From: Paraspadella gotoi
Lineage: Eukaryota > Animalia > Chaetognatha
Direction: 5' to 3'
Length of the DNA stretch: 64,000 nt
Assembly (NCBI GenBank): GCA_051294375.1
Contig: CM119271.1
Coordinates: 9,166,120-9,230,119, forward strand
Both the position numbers and the translations under genes were made by a program. Position 1 is the stretch's first letter, and the number at the start of each line of letters is the position of its first letter. This document shows positions 1-11,129 of the stretch, piece after piece. Under the pieces are notes generated by a model that was given only the letters and a program-made list of their open reading frames with translations, made no database searches and had not been told where the DNA came from.

Positions 1-131
1 ATTACTGAAGAATCTTGAAAAAATACGAAGATTTCGGAGGCCAAAAAAAATAAATAATAACATTGGATCTCCTTAAAATTGCAAAAACGTTATCCGTCGC
101 CAAACAATAACCACGACGGAACGTCGTGTCC

Positions 132-144
132 GTTACCTAGCAAC
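132..144. promoter_or_regulatory. RFX X-box upstream of IFT25
   Basis: GTTACCTAGCAAC matches the X-box consensus GTNRCC(N0-3)RGYAAC, about 320 bp upstream of the ATG of an intraflagellar-transport gene, the canonical RFX target class. Confidence 0.7.
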
Positions 145-462
145 CCGCCACTCGCTTTGACTTCTTAAATACAAATTTTAATGATCTCTCGAAATTTGTT
201 TTCCCGCCGTCTTGCCAATCAATCGGCTCGTCGTATCTTTGATATTTTTTACTCCCTCACTCTTTATAAGTCCACTCCTTTTTCAACATGTCTGTATGTT
301 TGTTTGTTGATGACGATTGTACTGAATCAACCTTGTTGTATTCGAATAAAATCGCATATATAATGTACATGTCCTTATCATCTATTTTTTATCTTCCTTC
401 GCTGCAATATACATGTTTTTTTTCCCCCTCGATAATGTCTTCAAGGTTCGTCCGAGATCGAC

Positions 463-1938
463 ATGGCGACGAATCTGGCGACCAAAGACGCCGGTAAATT
501 TTTCAGGAGTGACGATGGGTTTTAAATATTGTTTATATTTTTGCCTATTTGTATATTTTTCCAGTCCGAACTGATTGGGGATATTTGTGATGTGCGAATT
601 CTAATATAATGATAATTTTTAATGATATTTGAATTATGTAAAATCATTTCTTTTCGTCGCGTGATTGGAATTTAAAAACAACAACATTTAATTTCAGCAA
701 CGATCATTTTAAATAATGAACTTTTTATTTTCAAGTCTTCATCCGCACTTGATGACAGTACTGATGTCCATTATTCAACCTTTTTTTTTCTAAATGATAT
801 TTGCAAAAAAGAAAGAATCGTCAATTTCATCGTCAATCGTTAATTTTTTTCTTTTGTTTCATTTTGAGGCACATCGGTTACCATGGTGACGTCCTCGAGC
901 GAAGGCTTTCCCGCGTCGAACATGATCGACGGGAACGAAACTTCGTTTTGGATGTCGACCGGAATGTTTCCTCAGGTTGTTTTACGTATCTTTGTTTTTT
1001 TTTTTGTGTCATTTACGTTTTGTAGTTATTTCGTAGTTATTAATATGTCGTTAGGGAATAAATATTAAGTTTTTTTATTGTTATGCCTCATATTAGTTGC
1101 GCGAAGATTGATTTCGCTAATTGTACTCGATAGAAGCGTAACTCAAGATTTAAAAAAAAAAATCAAATTAAATACACAGCGACTGATTCGGAAACAGTAC
1201 ATCGTCCTTTATCATTTAAATTCCTTCCTTGGTTTTCACAGGAATTCATCATCTCATTCCTCAATCCCGTGACGGTGAATCAAATCTCACTCAAATCTCT
1301 CAGTCTTCGTTCTCTCATTTTCGAGACGTCGGACGCCAAAGATCCCTTGGATTTTGAGCTTCTTAAGAAACAGGTGAGCTCTCGCCTTTTTTTTTTTGCT
1401 AGTATCTCGGCGTCGTTTTGGTTTTTGCTTATCTTAATCTACCGAAAAAAAAGTATTATCAAGAAATATCGGGAAAAACGCAGTTGAAATGCGTGACCAA
1501 CCGAGTCTTATGAAAATTGGAAAAATCACTTGGTTTTTTTTTTATGGTTTTAAGATTTCAAAATATTTGATTTGAATTATTTTATTCCTTTATTTTCTTT
1601 TTATATTTTTACGATCGAAATCTAAAACGAATCTTCTATTATTGGGAGGTGAAGTTAGTGCTGTCTTCTGGAAAGATAGGGAGCATTTATACAGTGAAGA
1701 TAACGGCACTAACAACGATGACAATGCATAGAAACGCCGATTGTGTTAAAACAAAGAAATTCCTCCCCCAACTCAGGAGATGGAATCGGGCGGCGGCGAC
1801 GGCGACGCTCAGTCTCTTCAATCGGACGAGATTCGTTTCGAACCGAAATCCCTCCGTCATCTCAAAGTCACCGTCGTCGCCGCCTTCGATCACTTCGTCG
1901 GAATCAGCAGCGTTCGGGTTTTCGGCAACGCTCATTGA
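463..1938 (+). CDS. IFT25: Intraflagellar transport protein 25 (HSPB11), 4 exons: 463-493, 869-975, 1242-1373, 1777-1938
   Basis: GT-AG splicing gives an open frame MATNLATKDAG-TSVTMVTSSSEGFPASNMIDGNETSFWMSTGMFPQ-EFIISF...DPLDFE...-...LRHLKVTVVAAFDHFVGISSVRVFGNAH*. It carries the IFT25 motifs NxIDGN..FW.xTGMFPQEFII and AFDHF. Confidence 0.93.
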
Positions 1939-2518
1939 ATCCGCGGCGCTGCGATCGACGAGTCTCTCGATCTTAGAGAGATAAAAAAACAAAAAAAAAA
2001 CAAAAGATCTCGCGTTGCTTTTATTTTTTTTTTCGAGAACTTTTGTTCGATCGTTGAATCTCATTCTCGATTATTTTTAAGCTTTATTCTACGTTTAATT
2101 TACTTTTAGAAAATAGTCCCACCGATTGGAAAATTCTGTTGTCAAATGTCTAATGTTCTATTTCTGGAGAATTCACAATCTAGTCAGATCACCCGAAAAA
2201 CTTTTTTATTGTCACATGTGATGTTGTTTTGTCATTGTTTGTCATAGCACATCAAGCCATTTTTTACTTTGTCCAACATAAAAATTTCAGCTTTTGTTTG
2301 TTTTTTTTTTGGGTCATTTTAATTGATTTGAAACCATTGTAATTCACAAATACACCTTTTGGCTTTTCGCGTTTTTAGGTCATTAACCTTAAAAAAAAAA
2401 TTTCTAAAACGGAGCCCGTTCCAAGGGCGGTTACTGCTTAAGTTTTTACTTAAAAAATTCACGAACAGTAAAACCCCAGTGCAATATAAACAAAATAACG
2501 AATAAACAAACCAAAAAA

Positions 2519-2619
2519 ATGAGCAACGTTAACGACGACGGCGACAACGTCGACTTGGAGATCATGGACTTTTTCGAGGAGGATTTAGCCACGTCGGCGC
2601 CAACTTCAAAATTAGAGGA

Positions 2620-2690
<71 letters not shown>

Positions 2691-3496
2691 CATAAGATTA
2701 AATATATTTTTTTTTATTTTGCAGATTTTCGATGAAACGATAGGTCACATTGAAGACATCATTATGGACGAGAATTTTCAGGTAATTATCGTAATAGCGT
2801 CAAGTGTAACGAGTCAAAGGTTGTATTTGGATACAAGCGAATGAGATTTTTTTTTCAAAATTAAATATATAATAATTCGCATCCATACCATCGGATGGCC
2901 CTTTTGTTTTGTTTTTTTTCTTTCAGACGCTCCAAACGTCTTTCATGGAAGAGTATTACTCAGAGTTCGAGGATGCGGAGGAAAACAAGTTCGTCTACAC
3001 GGACGTTCATCACAACTACATCAAAACCATAGAGCATTTTATGGAGAAGGAGTTGATGGCCCGGTAGAAGGGAGGGACTTTTGAGTATTTAAACAAGTGG
3101 GGGGGGGGAATGTGCCAGAAATAATAAACAAGTTTGTTCATCTCGAAGTTAAATATGTTATACCTGATCCACCTAATGATTATTGAAATTTCTATAGCTT
3201 CAATAGGACCGACCAATAACAAGCGTTCTCCAAATTAATCGATAAATTTAAAAGAATTGGTAGTTAAATATCTATCTAACTGGACGTTAACTTTTCTCAG
3301 AATTCCCGACTTCTCGATGGAGGCCTTCCTCTCCGAGTTGTCGACGAAAGAGTTGGAGGGGGAAGTCTTCGAGGTTCTCCTGACTTTCACCGACTTCGCC
3401 GCCTTCAAGGAGATGATGGTCGAGTATCGCAACACCAAGGAAGGCAAAGGGATCGACCTCAGCGACGGCATCAGGGTCACGCCCATGTCGAGATGA
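2519..3496 (+). CDS. ARL2BP: ARL2-binding protein (BART), 4 exons: 2519-2620, 2725-2781, 2927-3063, 3301-3496
   Basis: The spliced product contains IEDIIMDENFQ, EFEDAEENKFVYT and FEVLLTFTDFAAFKEMMVEYRNTKEGKGIDLS, matching the ARL2BP family. Intron phases are consistent. Confidence 0.94.
2623..2686. repeat. (GA)n microsatellite directly after the ARL2BP intron-1 donor
   Basis: Perfect GA run visible in the sequence. Confidence 0.95.
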
Positions 3497-4292
3497 TGTC
3501 CACGTCGTCTTCTCTCCAACCATTGCTGTCCTTTTGTAACCGCTGTGACTGTGACGACTTTCCCCTACCCAATCTCTCTTCTCTCTCTCTCTCTCTCTCT
3601 CTCTCACTTCCCTCTCTCTCTCTCTCTTACCTCTCCCTCTCCCACAGCTTCATTATTCCAGATTTATTTTGTTTGTTTACCTTTTTCATTTTTCTATCTT
3701 TACCGCGAACCCACCGGTTTTCCCTGCCTATCAGCCTATCTCTCTGAATCCCCGCTTCCATTTACTCGTGTTTTTTTTATCATTATATTGATTGGGATTT
3801 CACTGCAAATTAAAAAAAAAAAAAGATTACGTAAAGACTTGATTACGAGCGAGAAAGACGTCAGTGAACAGGCAACCGTGTTGATAAATAATTCATGACG
3901 TTCGTTCATTATATTGCGAACTAAATTACGATTATTAAAATTTAGTTTTATTTTCGCTCATTCTTTTCTCTGTCTCTCCACCTAGTATGTTTGTTTTAAA
4001 CGTACAATGATCATACTCAACATTCTTCGTCTGCCTTCGGTATAATTTAAATTTTCTTCTTCTTTTCAGATTTTTTTTTTGTTCGAAAGTAGATCCATTC
4101 GTGAGAAAAATAATCAGAGAGGTCGTTGAACTCTTTTGAAAAAAAAAGGAGTTCGAAAAAAAAAACACTTAACTTTCACCGACAGAATAACAATAACAAA
4201 AACAACAACAACACACGGCACTAGTTTTCTTCCATTATCTTCTCTAAACTACGCCCCCTATCCACTTCCGCTCCATCACAACAACAACGACA

Positions 4293-5796
4293 ATGGCCTC
4301 GACGACGGCCAAGAAGAAGAAGCGCGTGAAGATCCGCGTCCCGACGCCGATGGAGGCGCTGTTGGACTCGATCCCGGCGCCGGATCTCGTTCCCCCTGAA
4401 CCGGAAATCGGCGAGACGCTGCTGGAGATTCTGAAGACCCGACGACTCGAGGACGAGCGGGAATTTCTGGGCGAGAAGTTGTCGGGGAGAGTGTTGAAGA
4501 GTCTGACGCCGCAGGAGATCAGGGATCTGAGGGACGTGTTCAAGGTGGGACGGGTGGGAGGAAGGGGGAGAGGCCGAGGTGGGCGTGGGTTGCGATGGGT
4601 TTTAAAGTAGTTTTTTTTTTGGGGGGGGGAGTATTCCTTTTTGTTAAAAAATAAAAGCCATTTGGATCGACCACTTCAAACCACTTTCTTGTCAACCAAT
4701 ATTACATTGTTTTATTTTCTTCACAAAGTTATTTAATATTTACGATTTGTGCGTAGTTTGTAAAATTATCCCTCATCTTTGACCTTTGGTTTAATTTCAT
4801 AGGTCCTTAAAATGTTGACTCCCGATGCACTCGATTTAAAATTTTCGTGGTGAAAAACTCGTAACCAAACGATAACGATTACTGAAATAGTGAATAAATT
4901 AATCATTTAATTTTGAGAATGGGTTATTTTCTTATCTTTGAAATACATTCGTCATTAAATTTTTGGCTTCGAGTGTTTCAAAGGACGAAAAAAAAAATTA
5001 AGCTCGACGCACTTGAAGAGTTCGTCCTTGTCTGTATTTTTCTCTCAATCTCCAACTAATTTTGTTTTTAATGAAATACTCGCAAAGATGCCAAGTGTTT
5101 ATGTAAAAGTGATCATAATCAAGGACTTGAGAAAAAAAAAAGTTCGTTGCTCTCTCCTTATTATTGTTTTTACTGTTGTTTCAGTTTATTTTGATGAGTT
5201 GACTGCGAATGATGATGATGATGACAAAAATATCGATCGAGGCCGCGAGGTCCACCGGCCAAAATAAACGGCTTCTGCGGAAAAAAAAAAAAGATGAAGA
5301 TCGTATTATCGCTTTTATTAACAGCTGAATTTAGTAAATATTTACCACTAAAAAAAAGAAAAGGGTGTGGTTGCGTCCACAAGGGTGGTTTTCTGTGTAA
5401 ATCGTCAATCATATTTAAAACTTTAGGGCAATTTTAAGCAAGTTTTAATTTAATCTGCAAAATTCATTAACCAAAAAACGTCGCTCGCTACTTCGACCTT
5501 TCAAAAATAGGATGACTTTATCTCGATCGTAGTTTGCGTCATCAGTTTTGCTCCAGATGATAATAATGATCATAACTTGTTCGTGGCCCAAATCTCTTTT
5601 CCCAATCCTCTCTTTCTCCAACCCCAATCTAACGCCCCCGCCCGTCACACCCCCTGAAGGCCTTCGACTTTGAGAACAAAGGCGTCATCGGCCCCGCTGA
5701 GGTCTACAGGGCGATGCGAGCGCTGGGCTTTCGGTTGACGCGCGAGGAAGTTTGGGCGATGATAAACGAAATGTCCGTCGCGGCGTCCAATGGTGA

Positions 5797-5844
<48 letters not shown>

Positions 5845-8800
5845 GTGAGTGAAAAATAAAGAAAAAAGAAAAACAAAAACAATTTTTTTTATTTTCAAAT
5901 AATCAATATTCAACAAACAAGAGATCGAAATCCATCGAGAATCAGAATTCCAGAATCGATCAGCTCCTTGTCTCCGACATGCAGCATCTCCAAAAACTTT
6001 TGCTCCGAACTGCGCGGGTGCTTCAACCAATCGCACTCTTCCGGTTCCCAATAGTGACAAGGCGTGCCCGTTGAGAGAGTGTCCCTGCCCCAGAGAGTGT
6101 CCCGTACGACCGGAGGTTCGCGTTTGTCCGGACGAGACGCGATGTATTCGTACACGACGATTTGATCGCACATTTCCATCGCAAGCATAGATCCGAAGAA
6201 ACCTTCGAGGGAATTTTATTTCTCGATCACAATCATTCTTAGCTTTGAATCCTTTTGCTTCTTTTACTTAGTAAGTAAATACTTACCCGATGTTGGCGGG
6301 AAAGTCTTTCGATCGGAACCTGATTCGCCGAAGTAAGTTTGCACCACGTCGTGCAGACCCCATATCCATTCGGGTTTCGCGATAAACGCGGGAACTTCAG
6401 AGTATTTCCTCCTTTAATTAATATAAGTAAATATAATACGTACAATACTAATATTATTAGTGATAGTAAGTATTTTTGCATACAAAGAATAAAACCAAAG
6501 AATTGTCTCACTGAAAGGATTTTTTGGTTGAACTTTATGTTTACATACAAAAAAAGTCTTTACGTAAATAACTAAAATAATGAATATTGAATGACTATGA
6601 ATGGAATGGGGAGGGGGAAAGTCCGATCATGTCATGATTCATGATTCATAATTTTAAAATTGAATTTGATCCACGCTTTTTTTTTTTAATCGAACGCATT
6701 TCGCGACTTTGAACATTACTCTTTTTGAATTCGAAAGAGAGAAAACTTTGAATCTTCAGACCTGAACTCGACAAAATTGTGGAAGAACTTGTATTCGGGT
6801 TTCCCCCACCACTTGGTGTAGTTCAAATCCCTCGCCCCGGGATCCAAACGACCATCGCTTCGTCTCGTCTACGAAAGAGTCGATCCTCCAAGAATTGACA
6901 CGCCCACTCGACGCATTTGCTGTTGACGAGACGAACCGTCGTCTTGGCGCCGACGTCCGACTCAAATCCGTCGGTGGGGGCGTGTTAAACCGAAAAACGG
7001 CGTCGGGGCGTCGATTTTGGAGCCGAGACGCCGCCCGAGAAGCGCGCCGGAGCTGGAAACGACGCCGCACGAACGAAACCGGCGCTCGTCGGGGAAGGAT
7101 GGGACGGGGTGGGAGGACGCCGTGGAAGTCAGACAGGGAGGCAAAGGGTTCGTCGGTATCTACGAGGTGTTGGAAGCGAAGGCGGCGACGTTTCAGATTG
7201 CAGAGGACGTCGCGTCGAGATTCGCCTGAAGGGATCGTCCGGAGCTGCGACCTTCGATCGCGAATCAGAGACAATGAAAGAGTCACTCGTCGATCTCGAA
7301 ATTCTATAATCAGATTGAAGAGAATTGTTGTCATCGCTAAGACAAAGAAAATCCACAAACACGCACGACGAGGTTGTAGAGAGACTGTCGCCGTCGCCAT
7401 GGTCTTCTGAGTTCTGATAAAAAGAAAAAAAAAGGTTTTCAGGTTTCGAAGTTCACATTTAAAATTCGCCCCCGAGTTCACCTTTCAGAGTTTCTCTATT
7501 TCTTTGGTCTTCCAAAACTGTTTTGCTCAAGGGATTTACGGTTAATATAGAACCTGCTTTCGATTCTGAACAAAAAAGAGATCGGCCGACACGATTCCTG
7601 GTTTTCTGCGGTTCGGCCCTCTTTCGTTCCCTTATTTAGCTTTCTTATCGATTTTTTTTTGTTGTTGTCGCCCGAAATCTTCGTGTCAAGCATAGCGCGA
7701 ATTCGCTGCGCACCAAGAATGAGTTCCCTGCGTCGCGTGGCTGCGCGTCTGCGTGGGATTGTCTTTCGGAATTTTATATGAGGCCAAAAAATCGATTGGT
7801 CGAATGCGTGCGGGCATGCGTGCACGTAATAGAGAGAAGAGTTAAAATTAGCTGAACTCTGGCGAACATTGTCTTTATAAAAGAAACAAGTTTGAGCAAA
7901 CGATGTCGGATCTGCCTACGATAATTAAGCGGTAATCAGCTAATCAGATGATAAATGATGATAATTTTTTCAATTTGTGATCATAACAGATCGTACATAC
8001 CAAATCAATGGCTGCGCAGTGCGCATATACATGTAAATCGCTTGCAAGGGATTAAACTGAACTGTTACTATGGTACAACAAATAATTTTTTTACACTATT
8101 ATTATTTTTTCAACTTTTATTTTTTTTCATCTTGCAACATTTTTTTAACAGGCATAATTTTTACAACTTGCAATCATTTTTTCAACTCGCAATAATTTTT
8201 TCAATTTGACTGACTTATGTTTTTTCCATTTAACTCATTTCCACTTCAGACGAAACTTTATTTCCAGCTTAATCACACACTTTTCTACCACATACATACA
8301 TACTTACATACATCAAATCACGAGTAATTGGAGTTTTTTTGCTCAGGTAGGACGGACGGACAGACATTATTTTTTTGCATAATTCGATGAGGGGCGGACC
8401 GACGGACCCACAAAGTGAATTATAGAGTCGGGATCCGACTAAAAAGCGAGAATCTTTAACTTTAGGACACATCTGAATGCAGGTTCATAAGCGAATGTTG
8501 GACCGAAACTTAGTTGCTTACTTTTGAGGAACTTAAACAAATACGTTCACATATTGCCCATTGATTAATATTCCTTTATTTCATCAGGCGTCGACTTCAA
8601 TGAATTTCTCGATATCATCATCGATTCGCAAGGTTACGTGTAAATTAATTATGACAGCAAGTATTGCAATATCCAAATATTGATCAGTCTGTCAGTCAAA
8701 AAAGATTTTTATTGTAAAAGCTGAAGGCCTGACTCTGTCAACTTCTCCACCATCCTTTCACCAGGCGACGACCGCGACGTCTTGGACGAGATTCTTCAAG

Positions 8801-8993
8801 GTTTCGCCCCTCTTCGACGTCGACGGCTCAGGCCGCATTGGACTGGAAGCGCTCTCGACGTGCCTCTCGAGAAGCCGGCCCTCTTTTCAGTGACGCCGAG
8901 TTGAACGACATGATCCGAGAGGCGGACTCATCGGGAAACGGGATGCTCGATCTGGAGGAGTTCACCGCCATCATGTTGAAGACAATTGTTCGA
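4293..8993 (+). CDS. Centrin/caltractin-like EF-hand protein, 4 exons: 4293-4544, 5660-5792, 8588-8632, 8765-~8993
   Basis: LTPQEIRDLRDVFK-AFDFENKGVIGPAEVYRAMRALGF (AMRALGF is the centrin signature)-GVDFNEFLDIII-GFALFDVDGSGRIGLEALRRASREAG..FSDAELNDMIREADSSGNGMLDLEEFTAIMLKT. Exon 4 has indels in this copy but is in frame in the copy at 16155-16288. Comparing copies suggests a C-terminus of MLKTNLF*. Confidence 0.85.
5910..7400 (-). CDS. Beta-galactoside alpha-2,6-sialyltransferase (GT29, ST6Gal-like), nested in intron 2 of the centrin-like gene; exons 7400-6762, 6411-6287, 6202-5910
   Basis: Type II membrane anchor (CLWIFFVLAMTTILFNLII), sialylmotif L (RSCGVVSSSGALLGRRLGSKIDAxDAVFRFNxAPTDGFESDVGAKTTVRLVNS), ST6Gal-like VVWDP..KWW..PEYKFF, motif S (PTSGFFG..MEMCDQIVVYEY), motif III (CHYW), motif VS (HPRSSE) and C-terminal GFRSLVC. 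Exon 1 needs several frameshifts; exons 2-3 are intact. Confidence 0.88.
8290..8445 (-). mobile_element. Helentron-associated (HINE/DINE-1-like) non-autonomous element fragment
   Basis: Minus strand reads TTTTTAGTCGG-ATC-CCGACTCTATA (terminal hairpin after a T run), then GTCC/GTCT tetranucleotide repeats and a (TATG)n tract. This layout is typical of HINE-type elements. Confidence 0.5.
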
Positions 8994-9980
8994 CTCTTTC
9001 GACAAAATCGAAGATGGGGTTCCATCGATTTTAAAGAGAATACAATACGCTCCATCAACGCTTTCGAATCACTGGCGAACACCCGCTTTAAATAAAGCGG
9101 GGCCGCTATATTTCCAGAAACTGTTTATTATAAAAAACTTGCCATTTGTTTCAATGTACTATCATATCTGTTTCATATTTTATTATATATTAATATTATG
9201 ACAAGCTTGTAATTTTGTTTACCATCTGTTTATGACTGTCCTCAAAATAAAATATAAAAATTAAAACCCGGATGGTTCATTTTTAGGATTGACACTTATT
9301 TTTATTTTTTATTTTTTAAACAAAATAAAAACGCATTATACGTAAATATAAAAATATTTATAAAGAAAAAAAATAATGCCATAAATTGAAACAATTTTAA
9401 GTTCCGCAGCACTGAAACATAAATCTCAGACTTTTCTTTTCCTTTGAATTCCATAATTTCTAAAATCCTTTCTTTTCGTAGTGTTTTTAGATTGAGTTTG
9501 AAATAAGACGAAAGTCTTTTACTGCAAGAGAGAGAAAAAGGAAAGTTGAACGAAAAGATGTGAGACAGGACAGTGGTGAAATGTGAGGACAGTTTAAAGT
9601 TGGGAGAGAAAGAGAAGGTGAGGGAAATAAAATTAAATTTGTGAGTGAGAGAGAGAGAGACAGAGAAGCAGAGGTTAACATTTTGTGAGACAATACATTA
9701 GTTAATGTACAAAAATAGTAATAATATGTAAACAGACTTAAAGATAAACTAAACAGATTAAAATAAATTAGATTAAATTAAATTAAAGAAATGAAATTTA
9801 GATGAAATGAAAAGTGAAGATATTGAGGGATAGGTAAGTGAAAGAGTTAGTGAAAAATAAGAATAAGGAAAAAGCTCAAATTGAGCTGCCCCTCGTCATC
9901 AGCATCCCTTTTGTTGACCCTTTCTCCCAACTTAACCTGTCCTCACATTTCACGGNNNNNNNNNNNNNNNNNNNNNNNNN

Positions 9981-11129
9981 AGACAAAGAAAATCCACAAA
10001 CACGCACGACGAGGTTGTGGAGAGACTGTCGCCGTCGCCATGGTCTTCTGATAAAAAGAAAAAAAAGGTTTTCTGGCTTTCGAAGTTCACATTTAAAATT
10101 CGCCCCCGAGTTCANNNNNNNNNNNNNNNNNNNNNNNNNNNNNNNNNNNNNNNNNNNNNNNNNNNNNNNNNNNNNNNNNNNNNNNNNNNNNNNNNNNNNN
10201 NNNNNNNNNNNNNNNNNNNNNNNNNNNNNNNNNNNNNNNNNNNNNNNNNNNNNNNNNNNNNNNNNNNNNNNNNNNNNNNNNNNNNNNNNNNNNNNNNNNN
10301 NNNNNNNNNNNNNNNNNNNNNNNNNNNNNNATAGAACCTGCTTTCGATTCTGAACAAAAAGAGATCGGCCAACACGATTCCTGGTTTTCTGCGGTTCGGC
10401 CCTCTTTTCGTTCCCTTATTTAGCTTTCTTATCGATTTTTTTTTTCGGGTTGTCGCCCGAAATCTTCGTGTCAGAGCGTAGCGCTGCGCAACAAGAATGA
10501 GTTCCCTGCGTCGCGTGGCTGCGCGTCTGAGTGGGATTGTCTTTCGGAATTTTATATGAGGCCAAAAAATCGATTGATCGAATGCGTGCGGGCATGCGTG
10601 CACGTAATAGAGAGAAGAGTTAAAATTAGCTGAACACTGGCGAACATTGTCTTTATAAAAAGAACAAGTTTGAGCAAACAATGTCGGATCTGCCTACGAT
10701 AATTAAGCGGTAATCAGCTAATCAGATGATAAATGACGATAATTCTTTCAATTTGTGATCATAACAGATCGTACTATACCAAATCAATGGCTGCGCATAT
10801 ACATGTAAATCGCTTGCAAGGGATTAAACTGAACTGTTACTATGGTACAAACAAATATTTTTTTATACTATTATTATTTTTTCAACTTTTATTTTTTTTC
10901 ATCTTGCAACATTTTTTAACAGGCAGAATTTTTTCAACTTGCATCATTTTTTAACAGGGAGAATTTTTTCAACCTGCATAATTTTTTCAATTTACATCAT
11001 TTTTACAACTTGCATCATTTTTTCAACTCGCATAATTTTTTCAATTTGACTGACTTATGTTTTTTCCATTTAACTCATTTCCACTCAGACGAAACTTGAT
11101 TTCCAGCTTAATCACACACTTTTCTACTC
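9981..11129 (+). other. Short redundant contig(s) repeating ~7340-7480 and ~7546-8290, probably the second haplotype
   Basis: Colinear with the first copy but differs by clean substitutions and by minisatellite copy number. Preceded by a 25-N gap and split by a 216-N gap. Confidence 0.7.

Noticed and set aside
6895-7410. Arg-rich 171-aa plus-strand ORF and similar ORFs in the copies
   Set aside because: Antisense shadow of the GC-rich sialyltransferase exon 1.
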